A DNA stretch of 64,000 nucleotides, from positions 12,277-76,276 of the IMG/VR virus record IMGVR_UViG_3300038435_000048. One strand, given 5' to 3'. Position 1 is the first letter of the stretch. Each line of letters starts with the position of its first letter. The translations under genes and the position numbers were made by a program. The DNA comes from a virus (lineage: Duplodnaviria > Heunggongvirae > Uroviricota > Caudoviricetes). Shown piece after piece: positions 45,850 through 55,232 of the stretch. Under the pieces are notes generated by a model that worked only from the letters and a program-made list of their open reading frames with translations, searched no databases and was not told the DNA's origin.

Positions 45850-47106
45850 TCAAGCAACCTTTCCGTCTTCGATGTAGACTCCCATTCTATCCTGATCGTT
45901 CTTTGAGCGGTATTCAATCCACACTTGAAAGTCTTTGTCTACTGCCATGTCTCGAATCATTGCCATGGCATCATCGTCTAGCAAAGATCCGTCAGCAATT
46001 CTAATTACGCGGAGCGTAGGATTTGCCGCCATCGCAATAGCTAGCGAAATCTTCAAGCGACGTGCTGCTGACGCTTGACAGAACGGCACGTCTTGTCCGT
46101 CGTCATTAATGATGCGGACGCCATCAGCATTGATTGTGAATCCCTTGACGGGCAGTGGAGCCGCTTCTAGAGCCTCGGCCTTCTCAATCTCGATGAGTTC
46201 CATCTTGGCATTCAGCTTGCCAATATCCTCATCCACCTTATCGAGGGACGTACGCAGCTTCTTGTACTCAATGACTTCACGAGCACGCTTGTTGCGTCCC
46301 TCGATATCTTTGAGTTGACCTTGCAGGAAGGCTACGTCAATCGGTTCCACTCTCTCTAGCTCTGCTGTATTAGCCACAGTGATTGTATTAGCGTCAGCTA
46401 CAATCTTTTGAAGTCTTTCTATTTCACGTTGAGCATCGGCAATAGACTTAGCTGAGCGTTCATTCTCGGCAATCAAGTCCTTGATGCGTTGATTGGCACC
46501 TAGACCATGAGTAATTGCTGCCGTCACATCAGAACTAGCGATCTCTTCTGTTGGTTCTTGATCAGTCGGTGGACGTAGGTTAGCCAACAGACTAGCTAGC
46601 TGTTTCTTTTGACGGTTAGCATCGGTACGAGCATCATAAGCTTCCTGCTTACGAGCATCGAAGTCTGCAAGATTCAGTTTGCCATCGGTAATCTTGAAGA
46701 GAACATCTGACAGGAGTGTACGCTGCTCTTGTTCTGTCTTGCGTGCGAACTCCCATGGGTCAAACGAGAGATCGCCAATCATGCCATCAAGTAGTTTTTG
46801 AGGCGATGGCAGTTTAATTCCGTCTGGTGAACGAATCTCTAGCGTACTATCCTCACCAGTAAATCGTCTCGTGGCAATGTAATCGCCTAAATCTAATGAG
46901 ATTAGGCTCTTTGTTTCACCCTTACGGATTGGTTCAGGATTCTTTTTGGCTGCTGCACGATACTCTAACACAGACCAAATTGCATCCAGTACTGATGTCT
47001 TGCCATTCTCATTTTTGCCTGAGATAATGACACAACTATTGTCTGGAGTAATGTCAACGACCTTAAGTCGCTTGTAATTCTCGGCGTGAAACTGGATGAT
47101 TCTCAT
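45850..47106 (-). CDS. SbcC/Rad50-like (AAA_23) recombination ATPase
   Basis: MRIIQFHAENYKRL...ISGKNENGKTSVLDAI Walker A, coiled-coil middle, C-terminal signature/D-loop region. Confidence 0.65.
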   Translation of the reverse strand: MRIIQFHAENYKRLKVVDITPDNSCVIISGKNENGKTSVLDAIWSVLEYRAAAKKNPEPIRKGETKSLISLDLGDYIATRRFTGEDSTLEIRSPDGIKLPSPQKLLDGMIGDLSFDPWEFARKTEQEQRTLLSDVLFKITDGKLNLADFDARKQEAYDARTDANRQKKQLASLLANLRPPTDQEPTEEIASSDVTAAITHGLGANQRIKDLIAENERSAKSIADAQREIERLQKIVADANTITVANTAELERVEPIDVAFLQGQLKDIEGRNKRAREVIEYKKLRTSLDKVDEDIGKLNAKMELIEIEKAEALEAAPLPVKGFTINADGVRIINDDGQDVPFCQASAARRLKISLAIAMAANPTLRVIRIADGSLLDDDAMAMIRDMAVDKDFQVWIEYRSKNDQDRMGVYIEDGKVA

Positions 47107-47489
47107 TGTAGTCCTTCAAAAGATCTGTCAACCTGATTCATTTCACTCAGAAAGGCATCGAGTTCTGCGTAACATTTGTCACACATATCAGCCTCATTGA
47201 GATGTTTGCCGTGTGGGCAATGAGTACGATAAGGTATACCGCACATATGCTGTTCCGAATCACCTTCGCGTGCCCATGATACGGTGTCTCGTTCTACCTT
47301 ACTGCGACCGTCTGGTTCAATCTTGAAGTAATGGCAGACGCCACAAGTGCAGACGCCATGCAACTTCCAGCGTCCACAATCGCCGTCACAGAAGTACTTG
47401 CCGTTATCTAGCTTACGCCATGTACGAATTGGCTCGCCAGTGAATGCTAGCCAAGCCATACGTGCAGTGAATCTTAGTCTACGTATCAT
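47103..47489 (-). CDS. Cys-rich Zn-binding hypothetical protein
   Basis: CDGDCGRW...CTCGVCH. Confidence 0.35.
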   Translation of the reverse strand: MIRRLRFTARMAWLAFTGEPIRTWRKLDNGKYFCDGDCGRWKLHGVCTCGVCHYFKIEPDGRSKVERDTVSWAREGDSEQHMCGIPYRTHCPHGKHLNEADMCDKCYAELDAFLSEMNQVDRSFEGLQ

Positions 47490-47662
47490 TAGTACAGGAT
47501 ATCAAACCAGAAGCCACGTTCGCATAACAGGCTACACAAGTTTGCTCCGGTTGCTTTGAGCTTCAATATCTTCTTTGTTTCTTCCTTACAATAATCACAC
47601 ACAACTACCTCGTCTAAATGGACCCAGCCTTCCGGCCCACATTGTTTCTTTGTATTAGTCAT
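47489..47662 (-). CDS. micro-ORF (~57 aa) Zn-ribbon peptide, unlisted in the ORF track
   Basis: MTNTKKQCGPEGWVHLDEVVVCDYCKEE...; ATGA-coupled to the GT2 stop. Confidence 0.3.
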   Translation of the reverse strand: MTNTKKQCGPEGWVHLDEVVVCDYCKEETKKILKLKATGANLCSLLCERGFWFDILY

Positions 47663-48240
47663 CTTGCGAACTCAAATGTAATGTTGTCGGTTAAAACTGG
47701 TACCCCGCCCACACCAATCATAGCATTCCACAAAAGCTTGTCATGATTATCGACTGGCATCCACCCTGCTGTGCGTTTAAAAAGCTCGCGAGTGTGAACC
47801 ATACCTACAGTCAAAATATCAGCAGAGTTGACGCCGCTTAGTTTGCGAACCCGCTCTTTAGAGCGAGGAGATTTACGTCTCAGATAGAAAGCCTGTCCTG
47901 CTGTCCTTGCCATTGTAGCACGAGGAGAAGCTTCAAGCAAGCTGGAAATGGTAGAAAGGTGATTGGGAAGCCAGACATCATCGTCGTCTATATAGGCTAT
48001 CCATTGGTGCGACCCTTCTGCTATTCCTTTGTTTCGAGCCCACGCACCAAAGTCTTCGTGTCTGGGACCCTCGGCACCTAGAATGGTGACGCGATCGTCG
48101 TTAATGACTTGCTCCAATCCACCAATGCCGTCACAGACTACCCACAGACGCCAGTGTGGATAGTCTTGATTGAGGACGGATTCGATAGCCTGTAATAGGC
48201 TTAGCCTTCCGACCGATGGAAGGATGATATCAAATTGCAT
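47659..48240 (-). CDS. glycosyltransferase family 2
   Basis: FDIILPSVGRLSLLQAIESVLNQDY ... IAYIDDDDVW. Confidence 0.65.
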   Translation of the reverse strand: MQFDIILPSVGRLSLLQAIESVLNQDYPHWRLWVVCDGIGGLEQVINDDRVTILGAEGPRHEDFGAWARNKGIAEGSHQWIAYIDDDDVWLPNHLSTISSLLEASPRATMARTAGQAFYLRRKSPRSKERVRKLSGVNSADILTVGMVHTRELFKRTAGWMPVDNHDKLLWNAMIGVGGVPVLTDNITFEFAR

Positions 48241-48592
48241 AGAATTCTACCTCGATCATTGGAAGATCCTCGCTCCATTGATACCAAATATTGTCGCTAC
48301 CCTCTCCTCGCATTTCACATTCACCCAGGCAGTAGCGTTCACTGACGATAAAGTTGTTGTAGTGAGCTTCGATGAGTACCTTCTGAATCTTTTTGCGAAT
48401 CTCAGTGGCAGACTCACCATGAAGAAGCCCTACAATAATCGTAGGTTTGTAGAAGTGACCATTCCCTCCACCGCCACATGAGCTTATGGTGCGTATCCCG
48501 TGCTGACGCAACAGAGCTACTTCCTTACGAATACCTTCTTCGATACGATTAATATCGAATCGTTCGTCAATTAGACAGATGGTGTCTTTCAT
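48230..48592 (-). CDS. hypothetical protein
   Basis: ORF. Confidence 0.3.
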   Translation of the reverse strand: MKDTICLIDERFDINRIEEGIRKEVALLRQHGIRTISSCGGGGNGHFYKPTIIVGLLHGESATEIRKKIQKVLIEAHYNNFIVSERYCLGECEMRGEGSDNIWYQWSEDLPMIEVEFYAI

Positions 48593-49074
48593 TTAAGGTC
48601 TCTCCATACAAATTTGCTGACTGGGATTTTGTAGCTTGGCTTGCCGCCGAACCCAGTCCATGGAATGATCTTGCAAGTATCGATAATGTCTTGCAAGGCG
48701 GGTGGCTTAAGCATCGTATATCGAGGCGTAGTTTCACTAGACCCATTGATCATGAGTACGGTGGCACCATCTCGTAGATAAGACTTCACTTGAGATGCTT
48801 TCAAGTGAAAGAACTTGTCGAGCATTGGCTTCGAGAACTTAACCTCAACCTTCCCGTAACCTTCAACCTGGAAGTCGGCATCCATAGATACCTCTTTGTC
48901 GGTCAGCAGTTCACCTGTTTGACCACATCCAGTGTCAGTGTATTGGGGGCGAGTGCCTGATGTTTTCTCGATCAGATCAAGCCATGCTATGAATAACGCT
49001 CGCTCTTCCTGAGTACGGGACTTGATATCTTTTTTGAACTGATCTTCTGAGCGATTGTCGTAACGATAGTTCAT
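48589..49074 (-). CDS. hypothetical protein
   Basis: ORF. Confidence 0.35.
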   Translation of the reverse strand: MNYRYDNRSEDQFKKDIKSRTQEERALFIAWLDLIEKTSGTRPQYTDTGCGQTGELLTDKEVSMDADFQVEGYGKVEVKFSKPMLDKFFHLKASQVKSYLRDGATVLMINGSSETTPRYTMLKPPALQDIIDTCKIIPWTGFGGKPSYKIPVSKFVWRDLK

Positions 49075-49326
49075 TCACCACGGCCTTAGATCATCTTCGT
49101 CGTTTAGCTGAGTGTCTGTGTCGCCAGAAATCCAGCCGTCGTCCCACAATTTATGCTTGTCCGAACTCTTTGGGTACGGATTAGAACTTCTGGAACGGCC
49201 TAGCTTGTAAGCTTCAAAGCCGTTCCAGAATATATCAGCGTGCATTAGATACAATAGACACGGCCTGTTCTCGTGTGTATGCCTTCTTGCGGGTACGATG
49301 AATCCATCGCCACACGAAGGCACCAT
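49075..49326 (-). CDS. hypothetical small protein
   Basis: ORF. Confidence 0.3.
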   Translation of the reverse strand: MVPSCGDGFIVPARRHTHENRPCLLYLMHADIFWNGFEAYKLGRSRSSNPYPKSSDKHKLWDDGWISGDTDTQLNDEDDLRPW

Positions 49327-49410
49327 TACGCTTTAGTGCAGGAACAGCTTTCCATCCAGACTTATGGAGGATGCGTCGTTCCATCTCACGCCGATCTTTG
49401 TTACCATCTC

Positions 49411-50010
49411 TCATTGCGTCAGTCTTTCAATGACATCTGCTTGAGACAAAACCTTGCGGAACTTATGTAGGACTCGGAAGCAAACAATAGAGTCGTACAG
49501 AGCCGCGTGGAACTTTCCCTTGCCTAGATCAGACAGATCGATCTTGAACGCCTTTGATGCTTGTGTTAGACTCGCACCACTCTTCACGTTGTCGTTGCCA
49601 GTGAATAGTCTTACGACTGGTAGACCGTCAATAAAACGATACGTGAAATTGGCTTCGAACTGTTGTGGTTCGACCTTATAGATGCCGTGTGCCATCATGC
49701 GAACATCGAAAGGACAATTCCATCCGCCCATAATTTGGGCACCATGGGCATGCCACAAATCCATGAACTTATTCTGGATCTCTTCGGTAGTCAAACCTTC
49801 CGCAAAAGCTTGTGAAGGTGTGATGCCATGGATCTCTACAGCCTTGGCCGTAAACTTGTAGTCGTCAACGGAGGGTAGCTTGTGTAGAGCTTCAAACTGA
49901 GAAATGATCTCACCAGTTTCGAGGTCTCCAACGAGAGCACCCACAGAGAATACTGAATGAGCCTTTGGATCTAGGCCACCAGTTTCCGTATCGAATACCA
50001 TAATTCTCAT
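49411..50010 (-). CDS. DnaQ-like 3'-5' exonuclease (DEDDh)
   Basis: MRIMVFDTETGGLD exo I motif, WNCPFDVRMM exo II and HAALYD exo III. Confidence 0.75.
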   Translation of the reverse strand: MRIMVFDTETGGLDPKAHSVFSVGALVGDLETGEIISQFEALHKLPSVDDYKFTAKAVEIHGITPSQAFAEGLTTEEIQNKFMDLWHAHGAQIMGGWNCPFDVRMMAHGIYKVEPQQFEANFTYRFIDGLPVVRLFTGNDNVKSGASLTQASKAFKIDLSDLGKGKFHAALYDSIVCFRVLHKFRKVLSQADVIERLTQ

Positions 50011-50465
50011 GAGGTAACCTTCTGAACGCTAGCGGCCTGCACGGCATCCTTGAACATGCCAGTGATCTTACGCCACTGTTCATCGCGAGTCATTTTCTCA
50101 CGCACAATCGTACCCACCGATCCAAATGGATTAGTTAGCTTACGCTCTACCGAGAACGTATTGTCGTTGCACATAGGATCAGGCTTGAAGTTCTTGCGAA
50201 GTTCGCGAATGACGCCACGAGCATCTACCTTATCAGAGAGATGTTCAACAACAGCAACAAACTTGACGTTTGAGTTCTCTTCAATCGTGCTCACAACACG
50301 CTGAGCCAGAATGTTGCGGGCCAGCTTGCGATTGAAGAAGTCACCTTCACGAACGAAGCCAACCGATAGGTAGGCAACGCCAGCGATTACCGCTACGCCA
50401 ACACTGATACCGTCATTGGGACGGTGAGAGAACGCCATCGAGTCGATCAGATCATAGCTCTTCAT
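50007..50465 (-). CDS. hypothetical protein
   Basis: ORF. Confidence 0.35.
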   Translation of the reverse strand: MKSYDLIDSMAFSHRPNDGISVGVAVIAGVAYLSVGFVREGDFFNRKLARNILAQRVVSTIEENSNVKFVAVVEHLSDKVDARGVIRELRKNFKPDPMCNDNTFSVERKLTNPFGSVGTIVREKMTRDEQWRKITGMFKDAVQAASVQKVTS

Positions 50466-50655
50466 TACTTGAAGTTCCTTGGTTCGTTTGAACCCTTGGT
50501 GGTTGCACTTGGCTAATTGCATTCAGTGCGAGATAAAGATTCACAGTGATCCCCATAGGAGCACCGATATTAGAGGTACGGAGAGCGACAATAAGAATAC
50601 GGGCCTCGTCTCCGGTCAATGAGATGTTGGGTTGTTGAGCGTCAGACATTGGCAA
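50452..50655 (-). CDS. hypothetical small protein
   Basis: Small ORF bridging the neighbouring genes, with a short overlap on each side. Confidence 0.3.
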   Translation of the reverse strand: MPMSDAQQPNISLTGDEARILIVALRTSNIGAPMGITVNLYLALNAISQVQPPRVQTNQGTSSNEEL

Positions 50656-51346
50656 TCAGTCCTTTTTGTATCAGAATGCTACGAAGATAGTTTTCGAGGT
50701 CATTGAATGAACCATCATTCCGATACTTGTTTTCAAAGTTGTAACCATCCAGAGCGACTTCACTGGCATGATTGTCATTAAAACCAGTAGACCTACTCAA
50801 CCTAATTATGACACCGCCAGCTTCCTCTGTCACTAACTTTTCATTTGGAAAGCGACAGTCGGTTAAGATTACTACGTCAGCCGCAGACCAGTCACGATTG
50901 AATGGTGCCTTAGCCCAAACGTTGCCGTAGATAGCACGGAACACATCGGTGCCCATTACCTGTAGGACTTCGCGGTTGGTCATTGGTCCACTACGCGGCG
51001 TAGGATCATAGATTCCATCGCCAGCAGTCACACCACTATTTGAGTATTTCAAGCGGATCTCTTCTGAGAATCCGTCCCAATTGATATGACAAAGCGAGTT
51101 CTTTTGTGCGTCTGTACCGTTCACGCCCTCGGGACTGAGCCCCAAGATCTCAACACACATACGCTTAAGAGGTTCCGCAAAGGCCGTTAGGACAACCTTC
51201 TTGCCTTGTGACTCGCACATTCGTACGATCATGCTGGCTGCGGTGTCTTTGCCTACTTGCTTCTTGCCTGAGAGGGCAATAAATATAGTACCGGGGGTCT
51301 TGTTATTCATCTGTTTTAAGCTCTCAATTGACGCACCGCTAGTCAC
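50642..51346 (-). CDS. deoxynucleoside monophosphate kinase (T4 gp1-like)
   Basis: IALSGKKQVGKDT, LQVMGTDVF, LTDCRFPNE, VIIRLSR and DGSFNDL track T4 gp1 blocks GVKRSGKDT / LMQALGTDLI / VPDTRQDHE / VIHVVRP / DGSLEEL. Confidence 0.6.
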   Translation of the reverse strand: MTSGASIESLKQMNNKTPGTIFIALSGKKQVGKDTAASMIVRMCESQGKKVVLTAFAEPLKRMCVEILGLSPEGVNGTDAQKNSLCHINWDGFSEEIRLKYSNSGVTAGDGIYDPTPRSGPMTNREVLQVMGTDVFRAIYGNVWAKAPFNRDWSAADVVILTDCRFPNEKLVTEEAGGVIIRLSRSTGFNDNHASEVALDGYNFENKYRNDGSFNDLENYLRSILIQKGLIANV

Positions 51347-51409
51347 ACCATAGTGTACTTCACCAAACTAGAACGTGAGCCAACTAACTTGAAAAAACTG
51401 TAGGAGTCT

Positions 51410-51892
51410 TTAGTAGTCACCTAAGATAGCTCTAACGATCTTCACTGCGTCAGCTAGGTTGTCCACCCGGTAAGCTACACAATCCCTGATCATTGCGTGA
51501 TCGTGGGGATTTCCCTCTTTCTCCATCACTAGAACCACTGGAATTCTCTCTAGATCTGCCCACGCAACTTCCATACAAGTGCCGATTGACACTCGTTTGG
51601 TGCCGAGCATATTGACTAGGACAACTCCACAATTCGTACAATCAAAACGGTCACGAGACGTGATGCCACGCTCAGTACTCATATTGACAAATGTATTGTC
51701 GTTGAGATCCTTATCTGTATAAGAATCCTTGATGGCACCTGTCTCGCGAAGGTACACCTTCGCTCGCAGCGGAGAAATAGCGGCGATGTTACTGCTGCGG
51801 AGTGCAGCCGTTACTTCGTCACGCCATCCCGTTGATTCCTCATACGATAGACCACTGATTGGCCCCGCTAGATACACTGCTTTTGTTACCAT
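51410..51892 (-). CDS. nucleoside 2-deoxyribosyltransferase-like protein
   Basis: VYLAGPISGLSYEES...W start typical of the family. Confidence 0.6.
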   Translation of the reverse strand: MVTKAVYLAGPISGLSYEESTGWRDEVTAALRSSNIAAISPLRAKVYLRETGAIKDSYTDKDLNDNTFVNMSTERGITSRDRFDCTNCGVVLVNMLGTKRVSIGTCMEVAWADLERIPVVLVMEKEGNPHDHAMIRDCVAYRVDNLADAVKIVRAILGDY

Positions 51893-52407
51893 TTGTATTC
51901 GTTGGCGTCCAGATAGACTTGGACGTGTCTCCTAAGGTGGTTAGCCGCCTTTGGCGGCAGGATGTCTTTATGAGTAGCTCTAATGAATGCTCGCCACGTA
52001 AAGTCTGATGCCGCCGTGCCACGATGTTCGTCGGCTTGATTGAATTTGATCCAGGTTTGTGACTTAATATAACCTGTTCTGAATTGTGTCAGTGGTGCTC
52101 CACTGACCCATAGATACATAGGTAGCGTGAGATTCACTTTATCAAATTGCTGTCGTCCGTCTTCGCGTGGCACATTATCTACGTGCCAATTAGGGATGCA
52201 CGGATACTGCCGTGGCATAAGCATATGCACTTTGACATCCCAGGTAAAGTCATGAACGTTATCTGGAAACGTTGCCATGATTTCTTTCAAGTCTGGCATC
52301 AATTCCATCATGACATTGAACGGTGCTTGGTGAACACCGCAATGCTGCTTGCTCCAATCAATCGGTTTGAGGGAGGGCTGTATCAATTGTTCTGAATTCG
52401 AACCCAT
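51886..52407 (-). CDS. hypothetical protein (possible HxD...H 2OG-Fe(II) oxygenase-like)
   Basis: NWHVDNVPRED ... ADEHRG spacing suggests an HxD...H facial triad. Weak; start uncertain. Confidence 0.3.
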   Translation of the reverse strand: MGSNSEQLIQPSLKPIDWSKQHCGVHQAPFNVMMELMPDLKEIMATFPDNVHDFTWDVKVHMLMPRQYPCIPNWHVDNVPREDGRQQFDKVNLTLPMYLWVSGAPLTQFRTGYIKSQTWIKFNQADEHRGTAASDFTWRAFIRATHKDILPPKAANHLRRHVQVYLDANEYKW

Positions 52408-52594
52408 ACACCTTCTCCAGTTCCTTGACGATGGCAATGAAATGTGGCATGGCAGACTCTTTACCGCCTCTAACCAGATTAGACTCGGCAATAGCTAGGT
52501 TCGACAGCACGACGCAATACTCTTGCTGTAGACGTGCAGCCTTATCGTTGTGCGTGTAGACAATACGCAGTGGTTTGTTCTCAGGATTTTTCAT
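52358..52594 (-). CDS. hypothetical small protein
   Basis: ORF. Confidence 0.3.
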   Translation of the reverse strand: MKNPENKPLRIVYTHNDKAARLQQEYCVVLSNLAIAESNLVRGGKESAMPHFIAIVKELEKVYGFEFRTIDTALPQTD

Positions 52595-52845
52595 TCCACA
52601 CTACTCACTTTTTTCACGGTCCAAGTAATACAATCTGTCAAAATACTCTCTTCGCTGAACCACTCGCCGGCCAGCGTCATGATTCTTCGATTGCAGAAGT
52701 CGTTTGCTAGCTCCTGAGATTCAAACGGTCCCCACACAATCGGCCACTTGCGTGCCGGCGTGTTGATACCTAGCTCCAACACTACCCAGTGCTCAATCGA
52801 CCGCGATTGTTTTGGTTTGCTCATCCTTAACCTTGTCCAGTACAA
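52591..52845 (-). CDS. hypothetical small protein
   Basis: ORF. Confidence 0.3.
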   Translation of the reverse strand: MYWTRLRMSKPKQSRSIEHWVVLELGINTPARKWPIVWGPFESQELANDFCNRRIMTLAGEWFSEESILTDCITWTVKKVSSVE

Positions 52846-53872
52846 TCTTCCAAATCTTATCGTTCATTGGCTTGGCGTCCATGAGACCAAACACAATACC
52901 CGTTAGGACGTTCGGCGTGTTAGCCTGGATCCATAGAGCCTTCGTCTTACGATCCCCTTCTGGGATTCGTGCAACGATATCCTCAGCCTCGATACGAAGC
53001 TTGTCGTGCATGGTCTGCACGTACGCACGGATATCATCGAAGTCTTGCTGGATTCCCTTCGGTAATTCCAGCAAGGTAACACCGAATTCCTTGCCACGGA
53101 TTAGTTCAATGACACCCTTAGGGCTCATGTAGTTTAGCAAGCGGTGGACTCGTAGATATGCAGGCGACTTCACCTTTACGCGGCGACCGCTTGCAAAGCG
53201 AGCGACGTAACCTTCTGCGTTTTCCTCGAAAGGAATTTCGCCACGAAGGTCCACGTTATAGCGGCGAGGGCGACGAAAGCCACACTTCTCCGCGATTTGA
53301 TCTACCCTACGAGGGTGCCACTCCTCGCCGCTAAGCTCGAAAATGGCTAGCAGAGACAAGAAGCTTTCGCCTTGATAGTCTACAACGATACGGTTCGAAG
53401 GATAGATGATCTCGAATACTGGCGTACAATTCTTAGGCAGATGCTCTAGACCGTCGCGATATTGTAGATTCAACATCAACGTACCATGGAATGCTTGATC
53501 AGACTCCATGCTGCCCGGCGTGGACAAACGCCACTCGGGATGTACCTTGTTCAATCCAGGCGTAAAGTAGCCAATGCCGCACGAGCCGTCTACCTTTTCG
53601 TAGATCTCCACTTCCTCATGCCATGGCAGATTTTCTACCATGGATTCTGAAACCTCACCGAGGTTAAAGAACTTGGAAAATGGGCGTGCAACGACAGTGC
53701 CGTCCTCACGCATGATTAGACCGCGAGCCTGACGGTTTACGTCGTTCCAAAGCCCTTGGATATGAGTATCCTGGGTGTACTTGAAGATGGCGAGGTCGCC
53801 CGAGCGTTGAACGCTCACGCGGCCCTCGTCCACTTCCTTCAAGAGCGACTTGTATAGAATGTAGTCCTTCAT
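52793..53872 (-). CDS. RNA ligase, Rnl1-like (tRNA repair ligase)
   Basis: Motif I YEKVDGS (KxDG), motif IV EGYVARF, motif V RVKVKSP. Confidence 0.6.
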   Translation of the reverse strand: MKDYILYKSLLKEVDEGRVSVQRSGDLAIFKYTQDTHIQGLWNDVNRQARGLIMREDGTVVARPFSKFFNLGEVSESMVENLPWHEEVEIYEKVDGSCGIGYFTPGLNKVHPEWRLSTPGSMESDQAFHGTLMLNLQYRDGLEHLPKNCTPVFEIIYPSNRIVVDYQGESFLSLLAIFELSGEEWHPRRVDQIAEKCGFRRPRRYNVDLRGEIPFEENAEGYVARFASGRRVKVKSPAYLRVHRLLNYMSPKGVIELIRGKEFGVTLLELPKGIQQDFDDIRAYVQTMHDKLRIEAEDIVARIPEGDRKTKALWIQANTPNVLTGIVFGLMDAKPMNDKIWKIVLDKVKDEQTKTIAVD

Positions 53873-53962
53873 GTCAATCGTTTCCGACGCCCAATAGACG
53901 TAGGGCGATAGAACAGACTATCACAACAACCGCTATGATGCCAACTATTTCCAGACAACTCA
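53873..53962 (-). CDS. micro-ORF, 28-aa hydrophobic peptide (MSCLEIVGIIAVVVIVCSIALRLLGVGND)
   Basis: ATGA-coupled to the cca stop and ends at the Rnl1 start. Confidence 0.3.
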
Positions 53963-55213
53963 TCACATAACCTTGGATCTTGCTTGTTCCATCTTGGCAC
54001 GAATCTTATCGCCGTCCTTTAGAACAGCGAACTGATCTCCCTTGACACTACGGAATCTAGCAGCGGCGTCAAGCATAGCCTGACGTTGCGGATAGGGTTG
54101 GTCGTGAAACAGAGGACCCCGACCTTGAGCGTCAGCTTGTGCGGCCAACGTCACACGTTCGACCATAGCGTCGCCGTGTGCGGCACCTAGACGTTCAAGT
54201 ATACGAACCTTCGTCGTTGGACGAAGCTCCATAAACTTGTGGACATTCAAGTGTTCGCGTGAAGCGGCAACCCCCACGTCTCGCATCGTGTTTGGTGCCT
54301 TAACCCTATCACAAAACTTGTGAACCAGAGGTACGCCAAGTGCTTCGTGATTGTAGTGGTGCGGCAGGTTGTCGTCGTCCGTTACAGCCTTGCCCAGATC
54401 ATGGACAAGCGAAGCGAACATGGTAGCATCATCGGCTCCCAATTCACGGGCTCTATCCACAACCAGCAACGTATGCACGAATGCATCGCCTTCCGGGTGA
54501 TACTTCTCAGGTTGAACGCGACCCTTTAGAGCAGCGATTTCTGGGAATACAATGTCAAGACACTGGAACGCATCCAGCACTTCGAAGAACTGACTAGGCT
54601 TATCCGAACGGAGGGCCTTCATAAGCTCATCGAAGACACGCTCTTGCGAGAGCGTGGGAAGCTCGAAACTCAAGTATTGACACATGCGAATTAGCTCTTG
54701 CGAAGGCTGAAAGCCAAGCTGGGCTGCGAACCTTGCGGCACGCAGAACGCGAAGCGGATCCTCCACGAAGTGGTCGCTCACTGGACGCAATACCTTTGCG
54801 AGCAAATCCTTTTGCCCACCATACGGGTCAATGATTTCGCCATGAATAGGCTCCATGGCAATCGCATTGATCGTAAGGTCACGACGGAATAGATCTTGTT
54901 CAAGCGTGACGTTTTGCGTCTCGCAAACAAAACCCGTGTGTCCTTGTCCCATCTTGCGTTCGACGCGAGCCAGGGCAATCTCGACACCATCGACAATCAC
55001 AATAGGGAAGTCCTTGCCCACGGCGTCGCCGTTAGGGAAAAGTTCCAGCAATTGTGGCATCGTCATACCGACGACGCACAAGTCGATGTCCTTGGCCGTC
55101 TTACCCATAAGGTAGTCCCGAACGCTGCCACCGACAACGTACGAACGCCCACCGGCCCCGTGAATGCGGGCCAGGATGGCAACCAGATTATCCCATTCAG
55201 GAACCTGTCTCAT
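53963..55213 (-). CDS. cca: CCA tRNA nucleotidyltransferase with HD domain
   Basis: GGSVRDYLMGKTAKDIDLCV, RRDLTINAIAM head motifs; HD domain FASLVHDLGK. Confidence 0.8.
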   Translation of the reverse strand: MRQVPEWDNLVAILARIHGAGGRSYVVGGSVRDYLMGKTAKDIDLCVVGMTMPQLLELFPNGDAVGKDFPIVIVDGVEIALARVERKMGQGHTGFVCETQNVTLEQDLFRRDLTINAIAMEPIHGEIIDPYGGQKDLLAKVLRPVSDHFVEDPLRVLRAARFAAQLGFQPSQELIRMCQYLSFELPTLSQERVFDELMKALRSDKPSQFFEVLDAFQCLDIVFPEIAALKGRVQPEKYHPEGDAFVHTLLVVDRARELGADDATMFASLVHDLGKAVTDDDNLPHHYNHEALGVPLVHKFCDRVKAPNTMRDVGVAASREHLNVHKFMELRPTTKVRILERLGAAHGDAMVERVTLAAQADAQGRGPLFHDQPYPQRQAMLDAAARFRSVKGDQFAVLKDGDKIRAKMEQARSKVM

Positions 55214-55232
55214 AGCAAACTATACCATACGG

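Noticed and set aside
51886-52491. A confident TET/JBP-type dioxygenase call for the 201-aa ORF
   Set aside because: Only an HxD...H spacing is visible; the start is ambiguous and there is no further DSBH signature. It is kept as a low-confidence note.
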